This document shows, piece by piece, positions 9,336 to 19,200 of a DNA stretch of 49,715 nucleotides. Under the pieces are notes generated by a model. That model was not told the origin of the DNA. It saw only the letters and a list, made by a program, of their open reading frames with translations, and ran no database searches. Position 1 is the stretch's first letter, and the number at the start of each line of letters is the position of its first letter. A program made the translations under genes and the position numbers. Source of the stretch: Escherichia phage JohannLBurckhardt; the sequence record MZ501085. One strand, 5' to 3'.

Positions 9336-9995
9336 ATGCATCTTCCAAACGGTTCACAGATTTTTATCGAAGCGTCTCGCGGCTCCGAGCTTTCCGCTAG
9401 CGCAATCACAAATGCAGCAAAGCCAGCTTTCACTATGTCTGACACTGGCGATCTAGAAAAGGGCGATTATGTTATTGTAACAGAGTCCTCTTGGGGCAAA
9501 CTGCTAGATCGCGTTCTGCGTGTTAGCGCATTAACCAGTAACGAAAGCGTCACGCTTGAAGGTATCGACACCACCGACACTAACGTTTTCCCTAGCGGCG
9601 CAACCGCAAAGATCGCAAAAATTTCCGCGTGGTCTGAAATCCCTTGCGTTCAGGATCTTGCGCAGGACGGCGGCGAGCAGCAATATTATACATACCAGTG
9701 CTTGTCCGACGACCAGGAGCAGCAGCTACCAACCTACAAAAGCGCCGTCTCCCTGACGTACACCTTTGCGCACGAGTACGATAACGCAATCTATCCTCTG
9801 CTGCGTAAAGCAGATGAAAGCGGCGAAGTCACCGCAATGCGTATGTACGTACCGAAAGCGAAGGAAATGCGTTGCTGGGCTGGCGTGCTGTCATTCAACG
9901 AGATCCCGCAAACTGCGGTTAACGAAATGGAAACTGTTTCCCTTTCTTGCTCGCTGAAAGGCCGATACACATTCCTTCCTGCATCACAGGATTAA
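9336..9995 (+). CDS. major tail protein
   Basis: 219 aa; RBS AAGGAG; immediately upstream of chaperone/tape-measure genes; followed by strong terminator. Confidence 0.6.
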   Translation: MHLPNGSQIFIEASRGSELSASAITNAAKPAFTMSDTGDLEKGDYVIVTESSWGKLLDRVLRVSALTSNESVTLEGIDTTDTNVFPSGATAKIAKISAWSEIPCVQDLAQDGGEQQYYTYQCLSDDQEQQLPTYKSAVSLTYTFAHEYDNAIYPLLRKADESGEVTAMRMYVPKAKEMRCWAGVLSFNEIPQTAVNEMETVSLSCSLKGRYTFLPASQD

Positions 9996-10001
9996 TCACA
10001 A

Positions 10002-10022
10002 GGGGCGTTGCGCCCCTTTTTT
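10002..10022 (+). terminator. rho-independent terminator
   Basis: GGGGCG-ttg-CGCCCC followed by 6 T. Confidence 0.8.
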
Positions 10023-10070
10023 ATTTGATGTAATATTACCTCAACATTTAACCACTAAGGAGAAACACCA

Positions 10071-10385
10071 ATGGCTAAAATGAAATTGACTCTTGCCCCG
10101 CTTCCAGATTTCAAACTTCCAGTTAAATTTGTATTGCCGGATGGTAACGAGCAAAAAATTGTGTTTACCGTTAAGCATAAAAAGGCAAGCGAGATTCAAG
10201 AGCTTTACCAGAAAGAGGGTATTAAAGATCCTGAATTCATCATGAATGTTGCCGTAGGTTGGGATCTGGAAGAAGAATTCAACGAAGAAAACGCGCAACT
10301 GTTAGTTGATTACTATCCTGGCGCGGCGCTGGCTCTCATGGGATCTTATTTAAGCGCACTTGCGGGGCAGCGCGTAAAAAACTGA
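10071..10385 (+). CDS. tail assembly chaperone (gpG-like)
   Basis: 104 aa, acidic; located between major tail and tape measure genes; ends at slippery site. Confidence 0.7.
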   Translation: MAKMKLTLAPLPDFKLPVKFVLPDGNEQKIVFTVKHKKASEIQELYQKEGIKDPEFIMNVAVGWDLEEEFNEENAQLLVDYYPGAALALMGSYLSALAGQRVKN

Positions 10386-10699
10386 AACGGGCGGTCTATC
10401 TGTACTACCAGAAGCCGCCCACAGATGCAGAGCTTGAGGCGGTAGGTTTAACCCGCGCAGACTATGAGGGAGAGGAGCCGCCAGAGGTTATCTTTGATGA
10501 GGAAATGATGCAGTCATGGGATGTATTCTGCGCAATGCAGACTCAATGGCGATCTGCTGGTGGCGGCGCTTATGGCCTTGATTACAATGTTTTGCCTATG
10601 TTGTTCAAAATCTATAAAATAGACGATGAAGAAATGGCATTGAACGACTTGCGGATCATGGAAAGTAAAGCGCTCGAAATGATGCACGCAGGAAAATAA
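10071..10699 (+). CDS. tail assembly chaperone G-T fusion (via -1 frameshift at 10376-10382)
   Basis: Downstream ORF (track 10505..10699) is in the -1 frame relative to G and open back to the slippery site; classic G/GT arrangement upstream of tape measure. Confidence 0.6.
10376..10382 (+). other. -1 programmed ribosomal frameshift slippery heptamer A_AAA_AAC
   Basis: X_XXY_YYZ heptamer 1 nt before the G stop codon; the -1 frame is open from 10382 to 10699. Confidence 0.65.
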
Positions 10700-10701
10700 A
10701 C

Positions 10702-10726
10702 GAGCGCCTTTTGGCGCTCTTTTCTT
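10702..10726 (+). terminator. terminator-like hairpin
   Basis: AGCGCC-tttt-GGCGCT followed by CTTTTCTT. Confidence 0.6.
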
Positions 10727-10741
10727 ATCTGGAGGTACTTA

Positions 10742-13645
10742 ATGGCGGAACAATACGCAGGCTTGACGTTAGGCGTTGACGTTCAGCAGGTAAACAACGC
10801 AGTTAAATCCCTGAGGGATTTTAAGACCGCTTCCGAGGGTGCGGCTGATGGTCTTGAGTCTTTCGTCAATGAGGAGCAGATTGCCCGACAGAGAGCCAAA
10901 GATTTGGCCTCCGAGCTTGCAAAGCAGAGAAAGGAATTTCAGAGCGTACAGGCCGCAATAGATCCGACTGCGGCAAAAATGGAGCGACTAAAGGTTGCGG
11001 CGGCTGACCTTGATAAGCTTTGGAAAAAGGGAGTGGTTCCAGACGAGACATTTTTCCAGCTTGGAGAAATGCTTGAGGCTCAGACAAACAAGCTTGCAGC
11101 AAACAGAAAAGCGTTAACGGCTGAGGGCATGGCGGCAATCGAGGAGTCAAAGCAGAAAGCTAAAGCGGCGGCTGAGGCTCAGAAATTCATTGCGGCTCTT
11201 GAGGCGCAAGCTGCTGCTGCTGGCAAGACGCAATCCGAACTGATGGAAATGAAAGCGGCTCAACTTGGTGTAAGTGCTCAGGCCGCGCCATTCATTGCAC
11301 AGCTTAAAGCGCAAGAAAAACAGATGAAGTTAACCGGAATTAGCGCAGGGCAATATAACCAGGCCATGCGAATGCTTCCGGCTCAGATCACTGATGTTGT
11401 AACGTCTCTGGCTTCCGGTATGCCTATTTGGTTGGTTGCAATCCAGCAGGGTGGACAGATTAAAGATTCTTTCGGCGGCGTTGGTAATACGTTTAAAGCG
11501 TTGTTGTCTTTTCTGAATCCGGTAAACGTTGGCCTTGCAGCCTTAGTCGTTTCAATGGGTGCTCTTGTTAAGGCTGGTTATGATGCGTATAAATCACAAC
11601 GTGACTTGCAAGAGGCATTGGTTCTGACTGGTGGATATGCTGGCACAAGCGGCGCACAGTTTGATAAGCTGGCGCAGGACATTAATAACAGCACTGATGC
11701 GACGATAGGAAATATCCGATCCATCGCAACAGAGCTTGCAAAGTCCGGCAAGTTCACGATTGATCAGATTAAAGCAATCACGAAAACCACCGCTCAGTGG
11801 TCAACTGTAACTGGTGAATCAAGCGACAAGATAACCGATTACTTTAATAAGATTGCTGGAGATCCGGTTAAAGGTCTTGCAGAGCTAAACGAGCAATTCA
11901 ACTTTTTAAGCGAAGGGCAGTTAACTTATATTGCAGATCTTGAGAAAACGAAAGGCAAGACAGAAGCAGTAACGACGGCAACAAAGTTATTTGCTGATGT
12001 TATGGATCAGAGATTAGCTGAACTGGCGGACTCCGCAACGCCATTAGAAAAGATGTGGACTGACATTAAAAAATGGGCGTCAGATGCGTGGGGTTGGGTT
12101 GGTGATCATACTCTGGCGGCGCTTAACCTGATCATTGACGTTGTAGCTGGAACGGTTGAGCAGGTTCGTTATTTGCTTAATCAGGGTGATATTCTCATTG
12201 GTGAGTTTATTGTATCTGCAACAAAGGCTATGCAAAAAATACCTGGTCTTAATGGCGTTGGTGACTCAGTAATTGCACAGCAACAGAATATCATCAATAA
12301 CGCTAAGGAGAACAACAAGGAGCTATTAAAATCAATTGCCGAACGTAACGAGCGAGTCAAAAAAGGCGAGCAGGGTTACATTGACATGATGAAAAATCGT
12401 GCAGCGGTTGAGCAGCAATATGCGACAAAAACAAAAGAGAATATCAGGAAGGAAGCCGAGGAGTTAGCTAAGCGCGATAAAAAGCAAAAGGCTGAAAAAG
12501 CTAAGGTATCGGCTGGCGATAAGCTGGAAGAACAATATCAGCGTGATATCCTTGCGCTAGAAACTCAATTAAGAGTTTTGAAAGAGCACAAGACGATCAC
12601 AGATACCATAAGCCAGCAACGTAAATCTTTATGGGCTGAACAAGCTAAAATTCAGATTTTGCAAGAAGCCTCAACAAAACGGCAACTTACTGATGAAGAA
12701 AAAAGCATTTTAGCCAACAAAGATAAGATCCTGGCGATGGCTGAACAAAAAGCTATTTTGGGCGATCAGATTGTTGCGCAAACGCGCCTTAATCAGTTGC
12801 AAGATAGCTCAATCAAGTTTATCCAGCAGCAGAAAGCAGCAACAGAAGCACTAGCAAAAACAAGAGGGTTAAGCGAGCGTGAAGCAGCAAGAGCGGCGGA
12901 ACGTGCAAAGGTTGAGGCTGATTATCTTGCCAAAGGAGGCAAGGAAGGAGATCCGCAACTCACCGCAATGATGGATGCCTTAGACAATCGCTATAAAGAG
13001 GAAGATGATAAACGTGCTGATTGGTTAGCTGGCGCTAAAAATGCCTTTGCGGAGTACGGAGAGGAAGCAATGAACATGTATGATAATATCGGCAACATTG
13101 CGAGCCAAGCTCTAAACGGACTATCGCAACAAATGGCTGATTTTTTGACTACTGGACAAGCCAACTTCAAAGACTTTGCAAAATCGATCATTAGCCTGAT
13201 TGTTCAGATGATCACAAAGATGGTTATCTTCAATAGCATTTCCGGCATGATGGGCGGCTCAACCTGGACAATGGGATCGCTGATGAATGGATTCTCTGGC
13301 GGCGGGTACACTGGCGACGGCGGCAAGTATGATCCGGCTGGCATTGTTCACAAAGGCGAGTTTGTTTTCACTAAGGAAGCAACGCAGCGAATCGGGGCGC
13401 GAAACCTTTACCGCCTGATGCGTGGATATGCCAACGGCGGCAGTGTTGGCGGCTCAGGTTACAGCAGGGCGTCAACTGGTGGCGCTGGACTTGCTTACTC
13501 GTTCGGTGATATCAACGTTGATATCAACAACGGGAGCGATCCAAAAGGTCTTGAAACTGGTGTTAGAATGCTGGTTACTGATATGCTCAAGCGTGAAATG
13601 GGTCAAGGCGGCAGCATTTATAATTTCGTTATGGAAAGGAGGTAA
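10742..13645 (+). CDS. tape measure protein
   Basis: 967 aa, long coiled-coil/Ala-Gln-Lys-rich, hydrophobic and Gly-rich C-terminal segments; downstream of chaperone pair. Confidence 0.85.
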   Translation: MAEQYAGLTLGVDVQQVNNAVKSLRDFKTASEGAADGLESFVNEEQIARQRAKDLASELAKQRKEFQSVQAAIDPTAAKMERLKVAAADLDKLWKKGVVPDETFFQLGEMLEAQTNKLAANRKALTAEGMAAIEESKQKAKAAAEAQKFIAALEAQAAAAGKTQSELMEMKAAQLGVSAQAAPFIAQLKAQEKQMKLTGISAGQYNQAMRMLPAQITDVVTSLASGMPIWLVAIQQGGQIKDSFGGVGNTFKALLSFLNPVNVGLAALVVSMGALVKAGYDAYKSQRDLQEALVLTGGYAGTSGAQFDKLAQDINNSTDATIGNIRSIATELAKSGKFTIDQIKAITKTTAQWSTVTGESSDKITDYFNKIAGDPVKGLAELNEQFNFLSEGQLTYIADLEKTKGKTEAVTTATKLFADVMDQRLAELADSATPLEKMWTDIKKWASDAWGWVGDHTLAALNLIIDVVAGTVEQVRYLLNQGDILIGEFIVSATKAMQKIPGLNGVGDSVIAQQQNIINNAKENNKELLKSIAERNERVKKGEQGYIDMMKNRAAVEQQYATKTKENIRKEAEELAKRDKKQKAEKAKVSAGDKLEEQYQRDILALETQLRVLKEHKTITDTISQQRKSLWAEQAKIQILQEASTKRQLTDEEKSILANKDKILAMAEQKAILGDQIVAQTRLNQLQDSSIKFIQQQKAATEALAKTRGLSEREAARAAERAKVEADYLAKGGKEGDPQLTAMMDALDNRYKEEDDKRADWLAGAKNAFAEYGEEAMNMYDNIGNIASQALNGLSQQMADFLTTGQANFKDFAKSIISLIVQMITKMVIFNSISGMMGGSTWTMGSLMNGFSGGGYTGDGGKYDPAGIVHKGEFVFTKEATQRIGARNLYRLMRGYANGGSVGGSGYSRASTGGAGLAYSFGDINVDINNGSDPKGLETGVRMLVTDMLKREMGQGGSIYNFVMERR

Positions 13646-13647
13646 TT

Positions 13648-14001
13648 TTGGCTAACCTGGAAATGTTTAAATGGTGTACCCAAACGCAGGGAGGCGGCGG
13701 GAGCATGACGACTGAGGACACCGTGAGAGAGGTTGTTTTTGGGAATGGCTACACGCAAGTTGCGTCGTCTGGTTTAAACACGACGAAGCGCAGCTTTAGT
13801 GTTATCTACGCTGGTGCTGATTACATGGATGTGATCAGCTTCATGCAAAGGCATCTTGTTAAACCTTTCGCGTGGATTGCGCCGGATGGAAAGGCTGGAT
13901 TGTTCAGGGTTAAAACTGGAACCATCGCAGCCAAGCCAATCTCCCCAACCGTTCAGGAGGTAGCGGCGACTTTCGTCGAGCAGTTTACCAGCATGGAATA
14001 A
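13648..14001 (+). CDS. minor tail protein (lambda gpM-like)
   Basis: 117 aa, TTG start after AAGGAGG; motif VVFGNGYTQVASSGLN resembles lambda M (VRFGDGYSQRAPAGLN). Confidence 0.75.
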   Translation: MANLEMFKWCTQTQGGGGSMTTEDTVREVVFGNGYTQVASSGLNTTKRSFSVIYAGADYMDVISFMQRHLVKPFAWIAPDGKAGLFRVKTGTIAAKPISPTVQEVAATFVEQFTSME

Positions 14002-14004
14002 TCA

Positions 14005-14028
14005 AAGCCGCCTTTGTGCGGCTTTTTT
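14005..14028 (+). terminator. rho-independent terminator
   Basis: AAGCCGC-ctttgt-GCGGCTT followed by 6 T. Confidence 0.8.
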
Positions 14029-14043
14029 ATTGGTGCTACAATA

Positions 14044-14052
14044 CGCAATTAT
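14044..14052 (+). promoter_or_regulatory. extended -10 element TGcTACAAT
   Basis: TGn + TACAAT immediately after terminator, about 19 nt upstream of the gpL-like gene. Confidence 0.4.
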
Positions 14053-14070
14053 CACAAAGGAGGTCTATCA

Positions 14071-14823
14071 ATGGCTACAGGCAAAGAAGAATTTGAGAAC
14101 TGCTTACAGAGCCTTTACCCTGGCGAGATCATGACGCTTGTAGAGGTTGACGGCTCTAAGTTCGGCGCTGGCGTTTACAGATTCCACAATGAGAATGTGC
14201 AATACACGCCGGAGGAGATTATGAGGGCGGTTGAGAGCGGCACGCTACCGCCTAAGGAAATTATTTTCCAGGGCGAGGCATACGGTGCGCGGCCTTTCGG
14301 GATCACTGGTATCAGCTTTACAAGTGACGGCAAGGCCGGAAAGCCGGAGTTAACCCTGTCAAACATTGACAGCCAGGTATCCGCACTTATCCGATCATTT
14401 AATGGGATGATGCAAGCAAAGGTCACAATATGGGTCACGTCAAAAGAAATGATTCAGAGTGACGGCAGCGTAAAAGACGGCGCTTATCGCAAGCTTGTCT
14501 ACTACGTCGAGCGGCCTAGCTACTGCAACAAGAGCATAGCACGCTTTGAGCTTACATCGCCGTATGATATGGATGGTATAATGATCCCTCCGCGAATCAC
14601 TCAGAGCGTTTGCTATTGGGCGCAGCGTGGATGGTATAGAAGCGGAAAGGGTTGCGGCTATAACGGATCGCGAATGTTCGACAAGGACAATAACCCCGTA
14701 ACAGATCCGAGCCGCGACCAGTGCGCCGGAACAGTAACGGCGTGCAAACTGCGTTTTGGTGCGGATCAAGAGTTGGATTTTGGCGGCTGCGCCGTCGCAT
14801 CACTTTTAAGGAGCTACCAATGA
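14071..14823 (+). CDS. minor tail protein (lambda gpL-like)
   Basis: 250 aa from ATG 14071 (RBS AAGGAGG); C-terminal Cys cluster and CKLRFG..NFGG-like end resembling lambda L. Confidence 0.75.
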   Translation: MATGKEEFENCLQSLYPGEIMTLVEVDGSKFGAGVYRFHNENVQYTPEEIMRAVESGTLPPKEIIFQGEAYGARPFGITGISFTSDGKAGKPELTLSNIDSQVSALIRSFNGMMQAKVTIWVTSKEMIQSDGSVKDGAYRKLVYYVERPSYCNKSIARFELTSPYDMDGIMIPPRITQSVCYWAQRGWYRSGKGCGYNGSRMFDKDNNPVTDPSRDQCAGTVTACKLRFGADQELDFGGCAVASLLRSYQ

Positions 14824-15536
14824 TTAGCGCAAAAATTAAACTGGAAATAATGCGCCACGCGCAAGACGTATACCCCGCTGAGTGTTGCGGGGTTGTAACC
14901 CAAAAGTCACGCGTCCAGCGATATCACCGAATCAATAACGTGCATGATGATCCAGAAAATCATTTCTTGATGGATGCAGACGAGTACGCAGAGATTGAGG
15001 GAGGGGATCATGAAATTATCGCAATCGTTCACAGTCACACCGGAGACGGCGCAACAACGCTACCGAGCGCACACGATACTTGCATGTGCGATGAAATGGG
15101 CGTGACGTGGGTTATCGTTTCATTGCCAGAAGGTGATATGCGCATGGTGGAGCCTGCAACACGTCCTCTGATTGGTCGCCCGTGGTCGCTCGGTTCGTAT
15201 GATTGCTGGGGCTTGATTATGGCGTGGCACAAGGAGCAAGGCGTGATCTTGAATGACTTCCGCAAGCCTTACGAGTGGTGGAAGCCGGAGCATGGCGAAA
15301 ATCTCTACCAGGAGAACTACCTGAAAGAGGGTTTCATTCCAACAGGAAAGGAGCCGGAGCATGGCGACGTGATCATAATGCAGCTTCAAGCGCCAGTATG
15401 GAACCATGCCGGAATCTACTTAGGAAACAATCAAATCCTGCATCATGCTTTCGGCAAGCTGTCAAGAACTGATATCTATTCTGGATGGTATCAGGAGCAC
15501 ACGGTAATGATTTGCAGACATAAGGAGCTAAAGTAA
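14820..15536 (+). CDS. tail assembly protein (lambda gpK-like; MPN/JAMM plus NlpC/P60-like)
   Basis: 238 aa from ATG 14820 (ATGA overlap); HSH-x-G metal-binding-like motif (IVHSHTGDG) and Cys/His C-terminal half as in gpK. Confidence 0.7.
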   Translation: MISAKIKLEIMRHAQDVYPAECCGVVTQKSRVQRYHRINNVHDDPENHFLMDADEYAEIEGGDHEIIAIVHSHTGDGATTLPSAHDTCMCDEMGVTWVIVSLPEGDMRMVEPATRPLIGRPWSLGSYDCWGLIMAWHKEQGVILNDFRKPYEWWKPEHGENLYQENYLKEGFIPTGKEPEHGDVIIMQLQAPVWNHAGIYLGNNQILHHAFGKLSRTDIYSGWYQEHTVMICRHKELK

Positions 15537-16135
15537 TGCAGACACTAAAGAGAATTAAGCTTTCTGGCTCGCTGGGGCGGCGTTTCGGCGTTTTTCATGA
15601 GTTAGCCGTTGAATCATACCCCGAAGCGATTCGTGCGCTCTCCGTTGCGCTGGAGGGCTTTAAAGACTATATGCAAAGTGAAGTTGGATCGCGTATGCAC
15701 TACGCTGTTTTTGTTGACGGAAAAAATGTAGGGCAGTATGACGAAAAGGCGTGGAAGTGCGGCAAGGAAATCAGAATCATCCCGATCCCGTCCGGCTCAA
15801 AATCTGGTGGATTGTTCCAGGTTGTTTTAGGAGCAGCAATTATGGCTACGGCGTTCTTTACTGGCGGTGCATCGCTTGCCGCAATGGGCGCTCTCGCTTC
15901 CTCAGCGTTCATGATGGGCGGCGCGATGGTTTTGGGCGGTGTTATGCAGATGATATCACCACAGCGCGGCGGAATTCAGATGGAAGTAAAGAGCACGGAA
16001 AATAAGCCGTCCTACGCGTTCGGCGGTGCTGTAAACACAACAGCAGCAGGTTATCCGCTACCGCTGCCATATGGCTATCGAACGGTTGGCGGCGCTATCT
16101 GGAGTTCAGGCAGCTACGCAGAGGACAAAGTATAA
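15536..16135 (+). CDS. tail assembly protein (lambda gpI-like)
   Basis: 199 aa; Gly/Ala-rich hydrophobic C-terminal region; position between K-like and J-like genes. Confidence 0.65.
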   Translation: MQTLKRIKLSGSLGRRFGVFHELAVESYPEAIRALSVALEGFKDYMQSEVGSRMHYAVFVDGKNVGQYDEKAWKCGKEIRIIPIPSGSKSGGLFQVVLGAAIMATAFFTGGASLAAMGALASSAFMMGGAMVLGGVMQMISPQRGGIQMEVKSTENKPSYAFGGAVNTTAAGYPLPLPYGYRTVGGAIWSSGSYAEDKV

Positions 16136-16140
16136 ATCAA

Positions 16141-16162
16141 GCCCCGCATTGCGGGGTTTTTT
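16141..16162 (+). terminator. rho-independent terminator
   Basis: CCCCGC-att-GCGGGG followed by 6 T. Confidence 0.85.
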
Positions 16163-16177
16163 ATTGGTTGCTATAAT
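16149..16177 (+). promoter_or_regulatory. sigma70-like promoter with extended -10 (TGcTATAAT) overlapping the terminator
   Basis: TTGCGG - 17 nt - TATAAT preceded by TG; leader contains a degenerate palindrome copy AGCAC-aaat-TGTTA at about 16190-16204. Confidence 0.5.
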
Positions 16178-16222
16178 GCAACCTCAAAACAGCACAAATT
16201 GTTAAAACTGGAGGCCAAAACT

Positions 16223-19200
16223 ATGATAAGCGGCAATAAGGGCGGCTCCTCTAAGCCGTATACGCCAAAGGAGATGGAGGACAACCTGATCTCCATCAAC
16301 AAAATCAAGATCCTCCTGGCGGTTTCAGACGGCGAGGTAGACGGCGAGTTTTCGTTAAAAAATCTCTATCTTGACGATGTGCCAGTGCAAAACGCAGACG
16401 GCTCGATTAACTATAGCGGTGTTAGTGCTGAGTTCCGGCCAGGCACTCAAACGCAGGACTACATTAAGGGGTTTTCCGACACGTCAAGCGAGATCACGAT
16501 TCAGCGAGATCTCGCGCAGAATAACCCTTACAGCATTGCGGTAACAAACAAATCACTATCTGCTATCAGAATCAAAATCCTGATGCCTCAGGGCTACAAG
16601 CAGGAGGATAACGGCGATCTGGTTGGTGTATCAGTGCAATACGCGGTTGATATGGCTGTAGACGGTGGCTCATTCCAGCGAGTTCTGACTGATACGATCA
16701 CTGGCAAGACAACAAGCGGCTACGACCGCAGCCAGCGAATCGACCTACCAGCATTCAACGAGCAGGTGATTTTGCGCGTTAGCCGAATCACGCCGGACTC
16801 TAACACAAGCCGAGTTGTTGACGCGATCAGATTGCAGAGCTATGCGGAGGTTGTTGATGCAAAATTCCGTTACCCTCTGACTGGTCTTGTTTACGTTGAG
16901 TTTGATAGCGAGCTTTTCCCGACTCAGCTACCGAACATTTCTATCAAGAAGAAATGGAAGCTGATCAAGGTTCCTGTTAACTACGATCCAGATTCGCGCA
17001 CCTATAGCGGATCATGGAATGGTTTATTCAAGACGGCGTGGAGCAATAACCCTGCTTGGGTTCTGTATGATCTGATCACCAATCAGCGCTACGGACTCGA
17101 CCAAAGGGAGCTTGGGATTGAGATCGACAAGTGGAGCATCTACGAGGCGGCGCAGTATTGCGATCAGATGGTTCCCGATGGTAAGGGCGGTTTAGAGCCT
17201 CGCTATCTTTGTGATGTGGTTATCCAGAGCCAGATTGAGGCGTTTAACCTTATCCGCGATATTTGCTCAATCTTTCGTGGTATGAGCTTTTGGAACGGCG
17301 AGAGCCTTTCCATTGTGGTGGATAAGCCGCGCGATCCGTCTTACATTTTCAGCAATGACAACGTGGTAAACGGCGATTTTCAGTACACATTTGCGAGCGA
17401 AAAAAGCATGTACACGCAGTGCAACGTGACTTTCGACGACGAGCAAAACATGTACAGCCAGGATATTGAGGGCGTTTTCGATACTGAGGCCGCTTTGCGT
17501 TTTGGTCACAATCCGACAAGCATCACCGCAATCGGATGCACACGACGCAGCGAGGCGAACCGCCGAGGGCGCTGGATTCTCAAGACCAACCTGCGCAGCA
17601 CTACGGTAAACTTTGCAACTGGTCTTGAGGGCATGATCCCGACAATCGGAGACGTGATCGCAATCGCGGACAACTTCTGGGCTAGCAACTTGACGCTTAA
17701 TCTTTCGGGGCGCGTCATGGAGGTTTCAGGGCTGCAAGTTTTCCTCCCGTTCCGAGTTGATGCGCGGCATGGTGATTTTATCCTGATCAACAAGCCGGAC
17801 GGAAAGCCAGTTAAGCGCACTATTTCACGAGTTAGCGCAGACGGGAAAACTATTGAGTTAAACGTTGGCTTTGGTTTCGACGTTAAGCCGGACACGGTTT
17901 TTGCAATCGACAGGACTGATCTTGCGTTGCAGCAGTACGTTGTTACCGGAATCACCAGGGGTGACGATACGGAGCAATTCACGTACTCAATAACGGCGGT
18001 CGAATACGATCCAAACAAGTACGACGAAATTGATTACGGAGTGAACATTGACGACAGGCCAACAAGCATTGTAAACCCTGGTGTGATGAAAGCGCCTGAA
18101 AATGTCCAGGTGTCCTCTTACTCTCGCATTGTTCAGGGGCAGAGCGTAGAAACGATGGTTGTTAGCTGGGACAAGGTAGAATATGCAAGCTTGTACGAGG
18201 TGCAATGGAGAAAGGACAATAGCAACTGGCTAAACGTTCCTCAGACTGCAAACAAAGAGGTTAGCGTTGAGGGTATTTACTCAGGCAACTACTTTGTAAG
18301 GGTGCGATCTGTTTCTGCATCCGGCAGCACTTCCCCGTGGTCTGAGATTGTATCGGCGGCGCTGACAGGTAAGGTGGGGGAGCCAAGCGCACCAATAAAC
18401 CTAACTGCCTCCGACGATGAAATTTTCGGGATTAGGATCAAATGGGGTATGCCAGAAGGATCAGGTGACACTGCATACGTAGAGCTACAGCAAGCGCCGG
18501 ACGTAGACGGAAGGGCTAGCGAAGAAAACGCAACACTGCTAACTCTCGTTCCGTATCCTCAAATGGAGTATTGGCACGCAACGTTACCACCTGGATATAT
18601 CAACTGGTATCGAGTTCGAAGTGTTGACAGGATCGGAAACGTTTCTGCATGGACTGACTTTGCGCGCGGTATGTCGTCAACTAACGTTGATGATATTTTA
18701 GGCGACATTCTTGATGATATTTTAAACTCTGCTGGGTTTGATGAGTTCAAAGAGAATGCCGTAGATACTGCAAACAAGGTTAAAGACCAGGCGCAAAGCG
18801 TGATCCAGAATGCGCTAGCTATTGATACCAATCTGCGCTGGAACCGAGTAGAAAACGGGAAGCGTAAAGCTGAGCACGGACAGGCGCTTGAGCTTATCGC
18901 AAACGAGACTGAGGCGAGAATCCAGGCGGTTGACATTCTCCGTACTGAGTTTGACGAGGGAATATCCTCAGGAATCACAGAGGTTAAATCCCTTATCTCT
19001 AATGAGTCGGAGACGCGAGCGCAGCAGGTGCAGCAGCTTGAATCTACGTTCACAACCGAGATCGGAAAGACAAACGCAAACGTGAGTAGCGCACAGCAAG
19101 CGATTGCAAACGAGACTGAGGCAAGGACTCAAGCGGTTAGCTCTCTCGATGCCAAATTCTCAGGGCAGATTGACGGCGTGAATCAAGAAATCGCGTCAAA

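Noticed and set aside
10505-10699. Stand-alone 64-aa ORF
   Set aside because: Better explained as the -1 frame extension of the tail assembly chaperone (slippery A_AAA_AAC at 10376-10382).
17506-18018. 170-aa - strand ORF (and 18559..19053, 164 aa)
   Set aside because: Antisense inside the J-like gene; no start context.
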